Shown: positions 50,654 to 61,464 of the stretch, piece after piece
Numbering within the stretch: the first letter of the stretch is position 1
Layout: each line of letters opens with the position of its first letter
Assembly: GCA_965372355.1 (NCBI GenBank)
Contig: CBDVBZ010000005.1
Coordinates: 1 to 61,464 of the forward strand
DNA from: an uncultured bacterium
GTDB taxonomy: Bacteria > Krumholzibacteriota > Krumholzibacteriia > WVZY01
Direction: 5' to 3'
Length of the DNA: 61,464 bases
The notes under the pieces: generated by a model
What the model saw: only the letters and a program-made list of their open reading frames with translations
Database searches by the model: none
Told to the model about the DNA's origin: nothing
Program-made: the position numbers and the translations under genes

Positions 50654-52024
50654 TCACTCGTCCTCGTCGTGCGAACGCTTGTACGGTATATCGTATTTTT
50701 CAAGCTTTTTGTAAAGGTTGCTCCGCTGCATCCCGAGTTTCCGGGCGGTCTTACTGACGTTGTAGCCATAGGTTCTGAGCTTCTGCAAAAAGAACTCCTT
50801 CTCCATGGCGTCTTTGAACTCGCTGTACGTCTCTTTTTCGAAATACTCCTGCTCGATATGCTTGGCCGGTCCCATCGCGGGCAGGTCGTCGGCATCGATC
50901 GTCGGCTGCGGGTTGAGGATCACCAGCCGCTCGATCAGATTCTGGAGCTCACGGATGTTGCCCGGCCAGCTGTACTCCTTGAGCATGTCCATCGCCCGCC
51001 GCGTCAGCTTCTTGGGGCGCTGACCCAACTCGTCTGCCGTGGCCTGGAGAAAGTAATCCACGAGCAGCGGGAGATCCGTGATGCGTTTGCGAAGCGGGGG
51101 AATCGTGACCGGGACGACATTGAGCCGATAGAACAGGTCCTCTCGAAAACGCCCCGTCCGGGCCTCCTCGTTGAGATCCTTGTTCGTGGCCGCCACGACC
51201 CGGACATCCACGCGCATGGTCTGCGTGCCCCCAACCCGTTCGAATTGGGCCTCCTGGAGAATGCGAAGCACCTTGGCCTGAGCCGACAGACTCATGTCCC
51301 CCACCTCATCGAGAAAGAGCGTCCCCCCGTCGGCCAGCTGAAACTTGCCCACCCGTCTTGCCACGGCACCCGTAAAAGCGCCCTTCTCGTGGCCAAACAG
51401 CTCGCTCTCAATGAGCTCCTCGGGGATTGCCGCACAATTAACCTCGATGAACGCCTCCTTGGCGCGTGCGCTCATATCGTGAATCGCCCTCGCCACGAGT
51501 TCCTTCCCCGTACCGTTCTCTCCCATGATGAGAACGCGCGCATTGGTCGGTGCAACCTTCTTGAGCGTCTCCATAATGGCGAGCATTTGCGAGTGCTCGC
51601 CGATGATCTGCGTCTTTCGCTGGATCTCTTTTTTGAGGGAGATGTTCTCTCTGAGCAGCTTGCCCTGCGCCAGACCGTTGCGGATAACGAGCAGAATGCG
51701 ATCGGCATCAACTGGCTTTTCAATAAAGTCGAATGCGCCGAGGCGGGTCGCATCGACGGCGGTCTGGATCGTGCCGTGACCCGAAATAATGATAACCGGC
51801 AGATCGGATCTCGACTTGTGCAGATGTGTCAGGACCTCCATACCATCCATACCCGGCATCTTGATATCGAGCAAGACGAGATCAACGACCTCGGTATCCA
51901 CCTTCCGAAGCGCGGTCTGGCCGTCTTCCGCAAGAACCACTCGGTACTTCTCGTACTCGAGAAGTCGCCGGAGTGAGTCACGGATTCCTGCTTCATCGTC
52001 TGCAACAAGTATCGTTTTGGGCAT
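50654..52024 (-). CDS. NtrC/NtrX-family response regulator (REC-AAA+-Fis)
   Basis: ADDE, LLDIKMP, GENGTGKE, GAFTGA, WPGNIRELQN. Confidence 0.94.
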   Translation of the reverse strand: MPKTILVADDEAGIRDSLRRLLEYEKYRVVLAEDGQTALRKVDTEVVDLVLLDIKMPGMDGMEVLTHLHKSRSDLPVIIISGHGTIQTAVDATRLGAFDFIEKPVDADRILLVIRNGLAQGKLLRENISLKKEIQRKTQIIGEHSQMLAIMETLKKVAPTNARVLIMGENGTGKELVARAIHDMSARAKEAFIEVNCAAIPEELIESELFGHEKGAFTGAVARRVGKFQLADGGTLFLDEVGDMSLSAQAKVLRILQEAQFERVGGTQTMRVDVRVVAATNKDLNEEARTGRFREDLFYRLNVVPVTIPPLRKRITDLPLLVDYFLQATADELGQRPKKLTRRAMDMLKEYSWPGNIRELQNLIERLVILNPQPTIDADDLPAMGPAKHIEQEYFEKETYSEFKDAMEKEFFLQKLRTYGYNVSKTARKLGMQRSNLYKKLEKYDIPYKRSHDEDE

Positions 52025-52146
52025 TGGACCGGTAAAAGACTCGGAGTGACTCGCTGTCAGACTTTTAGCATAACTTCCCTCGTTTCGCTACGTCAATCAC
52101 AGCGCCCGGGTTTCGCGCGAGGGACGGCCGATAACGAGAGCTTAGC

Positions 52147-52215
52147 AAAAAAAAAGGAGCCTGCGAAAGAAACCTAGGATTCGCGAGAGGAGGGACTTTC
52201 GGCTTCTTCCGCAGG
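52147..52215 (-). terminator. Terminator-like hairpin with a large loop
   Basis: 15-bp stem (52160-52174/52201-52215), 26-nt loop, T9 tract. Confidence 0.7.
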
Positions 52216-52304
52216 ACTTGTGTCTTTTTCGTCCGCGGGTTGAGCTGAGTCCCGCAGGGACGTCTGCTCCAATCCGCGGAAGTACCGCCGCCGCCAGGTC
52301 GGCG

Positions 52305-53354
52305 TTACTTAATCATGGATAGCTTCTGTGAGACCACCGACCCTCCGGCTTCGATGACGCCAAAATATGTGGAGCTGGCGACCCTGCGTCCCGCGTTGTC
52401 GCGGCCATCCCACCGGACGCGGACATCGGGACCCGCCGGCCGGCTCGCATACAGCTCACGGACCAGCGCACCGCGCACGTCGTAGATACGGATGCTCAGC
52501 ATCTCACCCGCCTGGAAGAAACCCTGGTTGAGCGTCACGTGAAGCTCGGTTTGCGGATTGAACGGATTCGGGTAGCTGCTGACGCTCTCTATGGCTGCCA
52601 CGAGCGGAGCGCCAACCGTGAGACCCGCAAAGAAAGCTTCGAGCCCCGGCACCATCGACGGCGGGGGCAACAGTGGGTTCTCGACGCGGCCATCAAAGCG
52701 GGCCAGCGGTCCTCCGAACAGGGCACGAAAATCCTCGGCAAAAATTTCGGCGGGGCGGTTGGCGTGGATCGCACTCGCGTAGTAGATCAAGTGGTCCTGG
52801 ATGCCCCGCAACCTCCTGTACTCGCTCCATTTCGCGTAGTCATACGTTGGCATATGGCGGTACTGAAACACGTGCCCTATCTCATGGACGGTGATGTAGG
52901 CAACGCTCTCCGCCGATGGCTCATAGACGTGCGGACTCAAAAACACGCGGCGGCCGCTCGCCGAGCTCGTCAGGAAATGGGTGCGGGGGAACGGCAGGAT
53001 GAACACCTCGACATCGACGTGCATCAGCGGGTAGGTGATCTCCCGCAGCTCCTTGATGACTCGATCCGTCGGAAACGGGTGAAACTCGCCGTCACCCTGG
53101 TTGACAATCAGTGGGTCGTCTACGTCCGTGACCACCGACACGTGAAGACGACCATCGAGATGGATGGTCCCGCGCGTGCCGTCGTATTCGGTGAAGTTCT
53201 TGAGATAGTCGGCGGTATAAACAGTTGCGTTGATGCCGTTGGCGAATTCGATCACCAACGCGTCGTCTGTGTCGGCCCGCGGTGTGGCCGGGAGACTCAA
53301 AGCGACACCGGCCACAAGCGCGATGAGGGTAAGTCGGCGGATTGGAAAAACCAC
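52305..53354 (-). CDS. Secreted zincin-like metallopeptidase with FlgD-Ig CTD
   Basis: Signal peptide; HEIGH plus EIFAEDF; YPNPFNP...WDGRD...KLSMIK. Confidence 0.82.
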   Translation of the reverse strand: MVFPIRRLTLIALVAGVALSLPATPRADTDDALVIEFANGINATVYTADYLKNFTEYDGTRGTIHLDGRLHVSVVTDVDDPLIVNQGDGEFHPFPTDRVIKELREITYPLMHVDVEVFILPFPRTHFLTSSASGRRVFLSPHVYEPSAESVAYITVHEIGHVFQYRHMPTYDYAKWSEYRRLRGIQDHLIYYASAIHANRPAEIFAEDFRALFGGPLARFDGRVENPLLPPPSMVPGLEAFFAGLTVGAPLVAAIESVSSYPNPFNPQTELHVTLNQGFFQAGEMLSIRIYDVRGALVRELYASRPAGPDVRVRWDGRDNAGRRVASSTYFGVIEAGGSVVSQKLSMIK

Positions 53355-53435
53355 AGGAACCTTCCTCGGCGCTGTACAGATATGATATAGCTGAATACTT
53401 CTACTTAAGGACAACTACCTCTATCCAGGGTGTAC

Positions 53436-53451
53436 TGCAACGGATGTTCCC
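53436..53451 (-). promoter_or_regulatory. Possible sigma54 promoter
   Basis: GGGAACATCCGTTGCA keeps GG-N10-GC and TTGCA; the -24 element is imperfect. Confidence 0.45.
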
Positions 53452-53771
53452 TGCACCGCGTTGTGCGCGCGCCCCCATTGAGTGTGGAGAGGGTACTCCG
53501 CCCACGCCTGAGCTATACTACGAAATTGCTGTAGTTTACAACCCTTACTTAAACGAATCGGATAGAAAAATATGCAAATTCATATCCGCGTCGATGCTTG
53601 CGGGTCTCGAGGCGATCGCAAAAACTGCGGGTAATCCCCCATGAAATTGACGCCGGTTGCGCGAAGCCGCCCAACCTATTGGTATTGGTTAGATTCTGGG
53701 GCGGTGGCTCACCCAGCTTGATGGCGGAGATTTGGATGGTGGCTATGCGTCAACCGGCGGGTGGGCGGCCG

Positions 53772-55091
53772 TCAGAACCGGATCCCGGTGCCGGCGTTGA
53801 AGCGGGCCTCCCCCTGGAGGCCCATGCCGAAGTCGAGTCTCAACACGTCGCGGATCGGCGAGTAGAAGCGAATGCCGACCCCGCCTGTCCCGTGGAGCTT
53901 ATCCAGATCGAAATCATCCGCGCCGTTCCACGCGATACCCCCGTCGACGAACGTCACAAAGCCCAGACCGATATCGACCTGCTTGACGAAGGGGAGACGA
54001 AACACCTTGCGGGGCAAATACATGTAGCGCCACTCGATGGTCCCAAACCAGCGGTGGTGGCCAATGAACCGCCGCTCCGGGTACCCGCGCAGCGAGCGCC
54101 CGCCACCGAGCCCCACGGTCGAGAACTCCGGAAAATCCCCAAACTGGTAGAACACATCGGAGAGCACGGCGAGCACCGACCGGTCGGATACACCGTGGAA
54201 TAACCGGATTTGGTTGCGGAATCGATAGAACGGGTTGCGCCCGTCGTCCACCGGTATGCTCTGGGCGATACTCGTAAAAAAGGTCCCTCCGCCGGCAGGC
54301 TTGAGCTGGCTGTCGCGGCTGTCGAAACGATAGCCGATCTGGGGCGAGATGATGACATCCTTGCTCGTCTCCTTGAAGGGCGCCCCGCTACGGCTTTTGT
54401 CCAACGCGAGGCTTCCCTCGATCTGTCTGAACCGCATACGGCTTTGGGTGAGCGGCAGCGCGAGGAACACACTCGCCCCGACGTCCTCCAGCAAGGTGAC
54501 CTCGGGGTAAAGCTTGCCGCGGTCGAAGTACCGGATCTGACCCCCCACACTAATGTGGCGCCAACCGACCCATCCGGACGACCAGCTCAGGGATACCCGG
54601 TTGTCGTTTCGCTGGTTCCGCTCGTAGCTCGCGGTCAACTGTTCGAGTCGCCCCCGGAAGTTCTTCTCCTTCCAGCGGAGACCGTAGGTCAAACCCGTCT
54701 CGAAGTTGTATTTGAACGTGGGCAGGATCGTCCCCATAAACCACCGCGAGCGCTCGGTCACGTGGATCCGGAGCGCGGTGTGCCCCGCGCTTAGCGAATC
54801 GGCGGTTATCGTGACTTCGGCGACCGGGCTGAGATCCGAGATAAAGCGGATGTCTCGTTGGATCGCCTTTTCCTCCAGGACGTTGCCCGGCTGGGTCTGC
54901 ATTTCCCGGAGGATGGCAAAGGTCCGGGTGCGGGTGTTACCCGTGACCGTGACGGAATCCACCACCGTCCCGTAGGCCCGGACGAGGCTACTCGTGTCCT
55001 CGGTGTCGGAGACGGACCAGACGGTCGTGGGGAGGGCGAACAGAAGAAAGAGAACGAGGGAGGCTGCAGTCCCAATTCTGCCAAGGCTCAT
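53772..55091 (-). CDS. Omp85 (BamA/TamA) family protein with one POTRA domain
   Basis: GNTRTR..ILREM POTRA; GG..SLRGY; GVGIRF; terminal Phe. Confidence 0.88.
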   Translation of the reverse strand: MSLGRIGTAASLVLFLLFALPTTVWSVSDTEDTSSLVRAYGTVVDSVTVTGNTRTRTFAILREMQTQPGNVLEEKAIQRDIRFISDLSPVAEVTITADSLSAGHTALRIHVTERSRWFMGTILPTFKYNFETGLTYGLRWKEKNFRGRLEQLTASYERNQRNDNRVSLSWSSGWVGWRHISVGGQIRYFDRGKLYPEVTLLEDVGASVFLALPLTQSRMRFRQIEGSLALDKSRSGAPFKETSKDVIISPQIGYRFDSRDSQLKPAGGGTFFTSIAQSIPVDDGRNPFYRFRNQIRLFHGVSDRSVLAVLSDVFYQFGDFPEFSTVGLGGGRSLRGYPERRFIGHHRWFGTIEWRYMYLPRKVFRLPFVKQVDIGLGFVTFVDGGIAWNGADDFDLDKLHGTGGVGIRFYSPIRDVLRLDFGMGLQGEARFNAGTGIRF

Positions 55092-55156
55092 GCCAATACC
55101 TTAATATTTTTGCAGTGGATTGGAAAGACTTAATTTACGGCCGTTCCGTGCAAGGA

Positions 55157-56281
55157 CTATTCCGGTTGTGGGGTGGGAGCGGCGACGGTTTTCGCCGAAG
55201 CCCTCCGGCTGCCAAAGCGGCTGAGGAAAAGTGCGCCCAGACCAACAAGATAGGCAAAAACGCTGATCAACCAATAAACCGCTTTGAATAGCGCCCCGAT
55301 CGGGGCACCGGCAGGCAGGATGGATATGGCGGCCCCGAGAAGTGCGGGCAAATAAATCGTCGCCATGCCGACGAATACGATCGCAAACGGGTTCGTTGTC
55401 TGGAGGTTCAGCTTCTCGCTGACCTTGCAGCCAAGCGTATACGCGAAGACCGTGCGGGCAACGATAAAGAGGGCGATCCAGCTGACAACCACAACCAGGG
55501 CGAGCGGGATGCCGATGATGGTGATCAGAAGCACGAGGGCCACAAAGAGCACGAGGGGTGTGCCGACGATGAAGAGAAGAAACCCAGCGCCAAAAGCCTT
55601 GAATGTGTCTTTTTTTGTTTCTTCGTGGGTCTTGACAACCCGGTCTCTGAGGAACAGAACAAACAGAAACGACAGGACAACGCTGACAAAGAACTTCACG
55701 ATGACCATCAAGAAGCCAAACGGATGGGATGTGTCGAAGAACCGCGACATCTGGTGAATCGGAATCGACAGGTCTTTCCACATCACCCGCTCACCGTGGA
55801 TGAACACTTCTGGTTCCTCGTGGAGCACTCCGCCGACAACAACGACATCACCGTTGATCTCCGCACCGGAGATGATATCAGCATCGCCCGCCATAACCAC
55901 GACGTTGCCGATAACCTTGCCCTCGATTCTCACATCCCCGCCAAAGACCACGATGTCACCACGAACCAGCTCGTCGGCGTTGACGCGAACGTCCTTTCCA
56001 AACTGGACGATGTCGGTGCCCTTCTCGCGATACTGACGTGACCGCCTGGTGCTGGTCCGTGAGTCGAATATGATCCGGCGCTCGGACGTCGTGTCGCCGT
56101 CCTCGGAGACCGAACCCTCGACGCGTATCCCGCTCTCATCGATCTTGATCCGGACGGCCCTCTCGGGACGTGTATCATCGGGCACGCGCACCGTGTCCGC
56201 CTGCGCCATAGCGAGCGCGGGCGCACAAACGACCGCAAGAAACAGGGACAGCGTGCTTGCCTTAGAAAGAGTACGTCGCAC
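55157..56281 (-). CDS. Exported beta-helix (bactofilin-like) domain plus multi-TM domain protein
   Basis: GDIVVFGGDV/GNVVVMAGDA/GDVVVVGG repeats, then hydrophobic helices (LITIIGIPLA). Confidence 0.75.
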   Translation of the reverse strand: MRRTLSKASTLSLFLAVVCAPALAMAQADTVRVPDDTRPERAVRIKIDESGIRVEGSVSEDGDTTSERRIIFDSRTSTRRSRQYREKGTDIVQFGKDVRVNADELVRGDIVVFGGDVRIEGKVIGNVVVMAGDADIISGAEINGDVVVVGGVLHEEPEVFIHGERVMWKDLSIPIHQMSRFFDTSHPFGFLMVIVKFFVSVVLSFLFVLFLRDRVVKTHEETKKDTFKAFGAGFLLFIVGTPLVLFVALVLLITIIGIPLALVVVVSWIALFIVARTVFAYTLGCKVSEKLNLQTTNPFAIVFVGMATIYLPALLGAAISILPAGAPIGALFKAVYWLISVFAYLVGLGALFLSRFGSRRASAKTVAAPTPQPE

Positions 56282-56900
56282 GTTCTGAACTCCTCTTCTG
56301 AGATACCCGCAGGAAGAGCAAGACCCCAAGCGTCAACAACAGGATCGTTGCCAGTGCCGGGATCACAAAGAGCTCCCCGGCCCGCGCGAGCAGCGAGAGC
56401 GCGGCCAGCGCGACGGTCTTGAGCGTTCTGAGATTCGTTTTGAGCGCGTCGAGCATCCGTGTGAGGGCATCGGCGTCGGCCGCCCTCTCCTGGACCTCGA
56501 TATACGCATCGGTGACGAGAACGGTACCTTTGCCGAGCATCCCCTCGAGAGGCCCGATGGTCACCGGAAAAACGGCGGCGGCAACGATCAGAACCGCCAA
56601 ACCGGCCAAGGCCACCTTGAATCGGTCGCGTGTCCAGTGAAATAGACCCCCCGGCACTGCCAAGGGCTCCGCAATGCGGCCCGCTTCTCTGAGCTTGCTG
56701 ATGACGCGGTCGGCAAAACCGAGCGGCGCCGGTTCGAGCGGCATCCCGTCGAGAAGCGTATTCAGCGATCGCAACTCGCCCAGCTGCTCCGCGCAGTTCG
56801 GGCAATCGTCGATGTGACGGTATGCGCTCGCGAGATCGTCGCCTTCGAGACTACCGTCGGCCAAATCATGTATCAGTGTATTGAGATCTTTGCAATCCAT
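56262..56900 (-). CDS. Zinc-binding (zf-HC2) anti-sigma factor
   Basis: MDC...HIDDCPNC followed by TM helices. Confidence 0.88.
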   Translation of the reverse strand: MDCKDLNTLIHDLADGSLEGDDLASAYRHIDDCPNCAEQLGELRSLNTLLDGMPLEPAPLGFADRVISKLREAGRIAEPLAVPGGLFHWTRDRFKVALAGLAVLIVAAAVFPVTIGPLEGMLGKGTVLVTDAYIEVQERAADADALTRMLDALKTNLRTLKTVALAALSLLARAGELFVIPALATILLLTLGVLLFLRVSQKRSSERATYSF

Positions 56901-56904
56901 CGTG

Positions 56905-58038
56905 TCACCTGCTGTTTCTCGCCTGCTGAATAACGATGTTACCGCTTGCGGTTTCGATCACCAACTTGCCTTCTCCGTTGCCAACAACCCCTCTTAGCAC
57001 TCTCCTCGACACCTTGTCGAGCCGAATATCCAGATCACCTTCGATCGACCCGCTCGCCGTACTGACATCGAGCAGAAACCCATACTGATCCGCCGCCGCA
57101 AACATGATGCTGACATCACCGCTCGCCGTCTTGACCACAAACTCCTTGTTGCCCACGGGCAGGATGTTCATCGTGACATCGCCACTGCTCGCAAACGCCC
57201 TCACACTCCCCAGCACATTCCTCAGTGTCGCGTTACCGCTCGATGTACGTGTCATGACATCTCCCGCACAGTCCTGGATCAGGAAATCGCCACTGTCCAA
57301 CTCGACGGTCGCGTTGCCCGTAACACGGTACACCTCCATGTCGCCGCTGGACGCCGACAGTGAGATCGAGCCCCCGGCGCCGCGGATCAGCGCGTCGCCA
57401 CTCGAGGAGCCGACATGGATATCACCCCGGACATCCATCACCTCGACATCCCCGCTGGAAACTTCAACAAACGCATCGCCGCCGATCGTCTTCAAGAAAA
57501 CACTACCGCTGCTACCGTAGACCGAGCAACCACCCTCGATCGATGTCACCTGAACGTCACCGCTCGCGCCGGAAACCTCGGCGTCGAACGAAGCCGGTAC
57601 CTCGATCGTTAATTCGACGCGTGCCTTTGATCTCGTCCCCCGCAAAAACGACCACAGACTCTCTTCTCCACCACTCGGGTAATGCGCGATGATCGAGATC
57701 TGACTCCCGTCGCTATCAACCTGGATGCTCAATTCCTCCATCCACTCTTCTGCGGTCTCCTGATTCTTCGCGCGGACAAACTTCTCGACTCGTATCGATA
57801 CTTCCCCGACTTCCTGTTTGCCCACGATAATTGTTTTGCCGCGCGGGTTCTTCACATAGAGCTGGATCTCGTCATCGACCCGGACGGTCTGGTTGTCCTC
57901 ATCGGTCAGCTTGTACGGACTCGCCTCAGCCTCCAGTGGCAGGACCCAGGCAAGGCCGAGCAAGCCGGCAAAGGCGACGCCCATTGCGATGCGAGCCGTG
58001 TCGGCTACTGAAAGTCCGTGTCCCGTGCGTGCAACCAT
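56905..58038 (-). CDS. DUF4097 beta-strand repeat protein
   Basis: Signal peptide and many (T/S)xSG(D/S) repeats. Confidence 0.85.
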   Translation of the reverse strand: MVARTGHGLSVADTARIAMGVAFAGLLGLAWVLPLEAEASPYKLTDEDNQTVRVDDEIQLYVKNPRGKTIIVGKQEVGEVSIRVEKFVRAKNQETAEEWMEELSIQVDSDGSQISIIAHYPSGGEESLWSFLRGTRSKARVELTIEVPASFDAEVSGASGDVQVTSIEGGCSVYGSSGSVFLKTIGGDAFVEVSSGDVEVMDVRGDIHVGSSSGDALIRGAGGSISLSASSGDMEVYRVTGNATVELDSGDFLIQDCAGDVMTRTSSGNATLRNVLGSVRAFASSGDVTMNILPVGNKEFVVKTASGDVSIMFAAADQYGFLLDVSTASGSIEGDLDIRLDKVSRRVLRGVVGNGEGKLVIETASGNIVIQQARNSR

Positions 58039-58172
58039 CTTTTGATCACCCGTTCTGATACTACGAAAATTGACTCGAAAAGATTCGCCCAAAATAACAT
58101 CCATGGTCGCCCCTCACCCGGTCGCCGCGGCACCCTGGAGGCCACACCTGTAATTTATGTTATGGCAATACA

Positions 58173-58742
58173 TTACCAGAAGTCCTTTCCCTCGAGCCGC
58201 GATTTGAGCATCTCCCGGGCCCTGTGGATCCTCGCCTTCACCGTCCCCAGCGGCACATCCAGGGTCTCTGCGATCTCCTCGTACGAGAGGTCCTCCTGGT
58301 GACGTAGCAGGATCATGACGCGATAGTGCGGGGGCAGGTTCTCGATCGCGTCCCAGAGCTGCTTCATCTTCTCACCCTTGGCGAAGACGCGCTCGGGGTC
58401 GTCCCCCGGCGACTCGTACTGCCGGGCGTACTCGCCGCTCTCGCTCTGGACCGGCTGGTCCATCGGCAGCGTGTCGATGCGTCTCTTGCGTATCGTGTCG
58501 ATGCAGAGGTTCGATGTGATCTTGAAGAGCCAGCTGGAGAACGCGTAGGCGGGGTTGTAGCGCTCGAGCATCCCGAACACCTTCATAAACGCCTCTTGGG
58601 CAAGGTCCTCGGCCTCCTCCCTGCTTCTTAGCATCCGCAGGCAGATGTTGAAGACGGGGCGCTCGTATCTGTCGAGCAGCGCCCGGAAGGCTGTCTCGTC
58701 CCCCTCTCGGGCACGAGAGATGAGCTCCCTGTCGTCTTTCAA
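58173..58742 (-). CDS. ECF sigma factor (SigW-like)
   Basis: AEDLAQEAF, FSSWLFKI, LSYEEIA..LDVPLGTVKARIHRAR. Confidence 0.93.
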   Translation of the reverse strand: MKDDRELISRAREGDETAFRALLDRYERPVFNICLRMLRSREEAEDLAQEAFMKVFGMLERYNPAYAFSSWLFKITSNLCIDTIRKRRIDTLPMDQPVQSESGEYARQYESPGDDPERVFAKGEKMKQLWDAIENLPPHYRVMILLRHQEDLSYEEIAETLDVPLGTVKARIHRAREMLKSRLEGKDFW

Positions 58743-58805
58743 TGTCCGTCTTTCGGTAACGATTGCCGGGTGTCTGCGTGTCGAGGAGCAGCTAGCCCAA
58801 AATAG

Positions 58806-60200
<1,395 letters not shown>

Positions 60201-60204
60201 ACCG

Positions 60205-60627
60205 GTGCGATACTGGGAATCCGACAGACGAAGAAAGCGACCGCCTAAGAAACGGACGGCGTCGCTGAGACGTTCGATCGCTTCCGGGGGTGGTCTGGGT
60301 CACTACCCCTTTCTGAGAAAGTTCTATCAGCACCAGGCGGTCATTAGTGTCGGTCTGACGAAGTTCATTTTCTTTCTCGTGATCGCTGTGTTGCTCTACG
60401 CGTTTGTCGTCGGAGATGGGGGGATCGTCCGCATTATGCAGTTGCGGCACGATAAGGCAAACATCGAGCACGACCTGGCGATGCTCGACCAGAGCATCGG
60501 ATCGCTCGAGTATGAGATCCAGCGTCTCGACGAAGACCCGTCCGCGATGGAGAAGCTGGGCCGGGAACACTACGGTTTTGTCTACCCCGGCGACCGCGTC
60601 TACAAGATCATTCGCCCGACCCGATAA
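60205..60627 (+). CDS. ftsB: Septum formation initiator FtsB/DivIC
   Basis: TM helix, coiled coil, EKLGRE.YGFVYPGD; follows eno. Confidence 0.85.
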   Translation: MRYWESDRRRKRPPKKRTASLRRSIASGGGLGHYPFLRKFYQHQAVISVGLTKFIFFLVIAVLLYAFVVGDGGIVRIMQLRHDKANIEHDLAMLDQSIGSLEYEIQRLDEDPSAMEKLGREHYGFVYPGDRVYKIIRPTR

Positions 60628-60653
60628 GCCCGCCGGATTCGCCCCATAATGGC

Positions 60654-60682
60654 TTGACATCTCTTCTTTTGGGCGTTATACA
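60654..60682 (+). promoter_or_regulatory. sigma70 promoter of the tRNA gene
   Basis: TTGACA-N17-TATACA about 15 nt before the tRNA. Confidence 0.55.
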
Positions 60683-60731
60683 TCTACGCAACATTGACGC
60701 GGGGTGGAGCAGTCTGGTAGCTCGTTGGGCT

Positions 60732-61379
60732 CAACCCGCAGAGTCAGGTATGAACACTAAACTCAAGGGGGACATAGCAGAGCAAGCGGCTGTCCTTCAG
60801 GCCCTCAGACGTGGTTGGGGTGTTCTGAAGCCGGTTGGAGATCGACTGCCGTACGATGTCGTCTTCGACGTGGAAGGTGCTCTGGTCAGAATTCAGGTCA
60901 AATACGCTTGGCTTGACAAGAAGACCGGAAACTACGTTGCGGACAATCGTCGGACCAAGACGAATCGCCGACGGATGATCCGCGAGGGTTACACAGCCAC
61001 CGATTTTGATTTTGCTCTGATCTATGTGGAAGAGTTTGATGTCTTCTACGTGTTCCCTGTTGATGTGTTCATTAGCTACGGCAGCGGAGTTCACCTTGTC
61101 GAAGCCGAGAGGCGTCAAAGAAAACCACGATCCGCCGAGTATCGTGACGCCTGGGACCTGATGATGCAATGGGCTGTACGTGAGGAAACTTGCGTGCGAA
61201 CACCTGTCAAATTCGGGGAAGCCGCTGGCGGGGTAATCCCGAGCCAAGCTCTGAAGACTTCAGAGAAGGTGTAGAGACTTGATGGCAGGCACCCTAGCAG
61301 GCTTCGGAATGAAGCGCTGAGGGTGAAGGGAAAGTCCAGACCACAAACCGTTCAGGGCAGCGAAAGCTGTAGTGGTACG
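60732..61379 (+). ncRNA. Group I intron (IC3-like) inserted between U33 and the anticodon
   Basis: Exon ends in U and intron ends in G. IGS TGGGCT 61170-61175; P3 CCTGTCA/TGGCAGG; P4 TTCGGG/CCCGAG; P7 GACT/AGTC; P8 CACCCT/AGGGTG; P9 CAGC-GAAA-GCTG. Confidence 0.93.
60750..61274 (+). CDS. Group I intron PD-(D/E)XK homing endonuclease, I-Ssp6803I-like (174 aa)
   Basis: TKLKGDIAE, PYD, IQVK; starts in the P1 loop. Confidence 0.9.
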   Translation: MNTKLKGDIAEQAAVLQALRRGWGVLKPVGDRLPYDVVFDVEGALVRIQVKYAWLDKKTGNYVADNRRTKTNRRRMIREGYTATDFDFALIYVEEFDVFYVFPVDVFISYGSGVHLVEAERRQRKPRSAEYRDAWDLMMQWAVREETCVRTPVKFGEAAGGVIPSQALKTSEKV

Positions 61380-61417
<38 letters not shown>

Positions 61418-61464
61418 TACCATTTCAAAAGAAGATTTCCCGGTGCCGAGACTTTGCGGCGCCG

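Noticed and set aside
60654-60749. N-terminal extension of the endonuclease ORF
   Set aside because: The TTG is the -35 box and the extension runs through the tRNA 5' exon; ATG 60750 is the credible start.

Overview
GC-rich diderm bacterial chromosome window. PorV, FlgD-Ig/T9SS-like C-terminal domains and a short Bacteroidetes-type sigma70 suggest an FCB-superphylum lineage such as Latescibacterota/Krumholzibacteriota (inference). Nearly all genes are on the minus strand. 0.1-10.7 kb: an operon of four related Cys-rich lipoproteins, three of them close ~770-aa mosaic paralogs, plus a CTD protein. 10.9-11.4 kb: a deleted class IIC group II intron remnant. 11.5-15 kb: a 1060-aa secreted protein behind a consensus promoter and long leader. 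15-39.7 kb: housekeeping and envelope genes (glyS, glyQ, recO, mgtE, ybeY, 7TM-HD, phoH, aspS, hisS, ptsN, cdaR, amidase, M23, sigma70, degP, lpxH) with a MITE-like insert. 39.7-46.3 kb: porV, a probably inactive M6 protease, a DUF4384 protein and an FN3 lipoprotein. 46.3-50.6 kb is the best candidate for a new system: a small secreted protein gene, a TPR-GAF-AAA-Fis sigma54 activator, a perfect sigma54 promoter driving a ~310-nt highly structured RNA, and a second perfect sigma54 promoter. 50.6-60.6 kb: an NtrC-type regulator, a zincin, an ECF operon with Omp85, eno and ftsB. The window ends with initiator tRNA-Met split by a group I intron carrying an I-Ssp6803I-like homing endonuclease. Protein calls rest on motif recognition, not database searches. 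Several starts were moved from the ORF track to RBS-supported codons.
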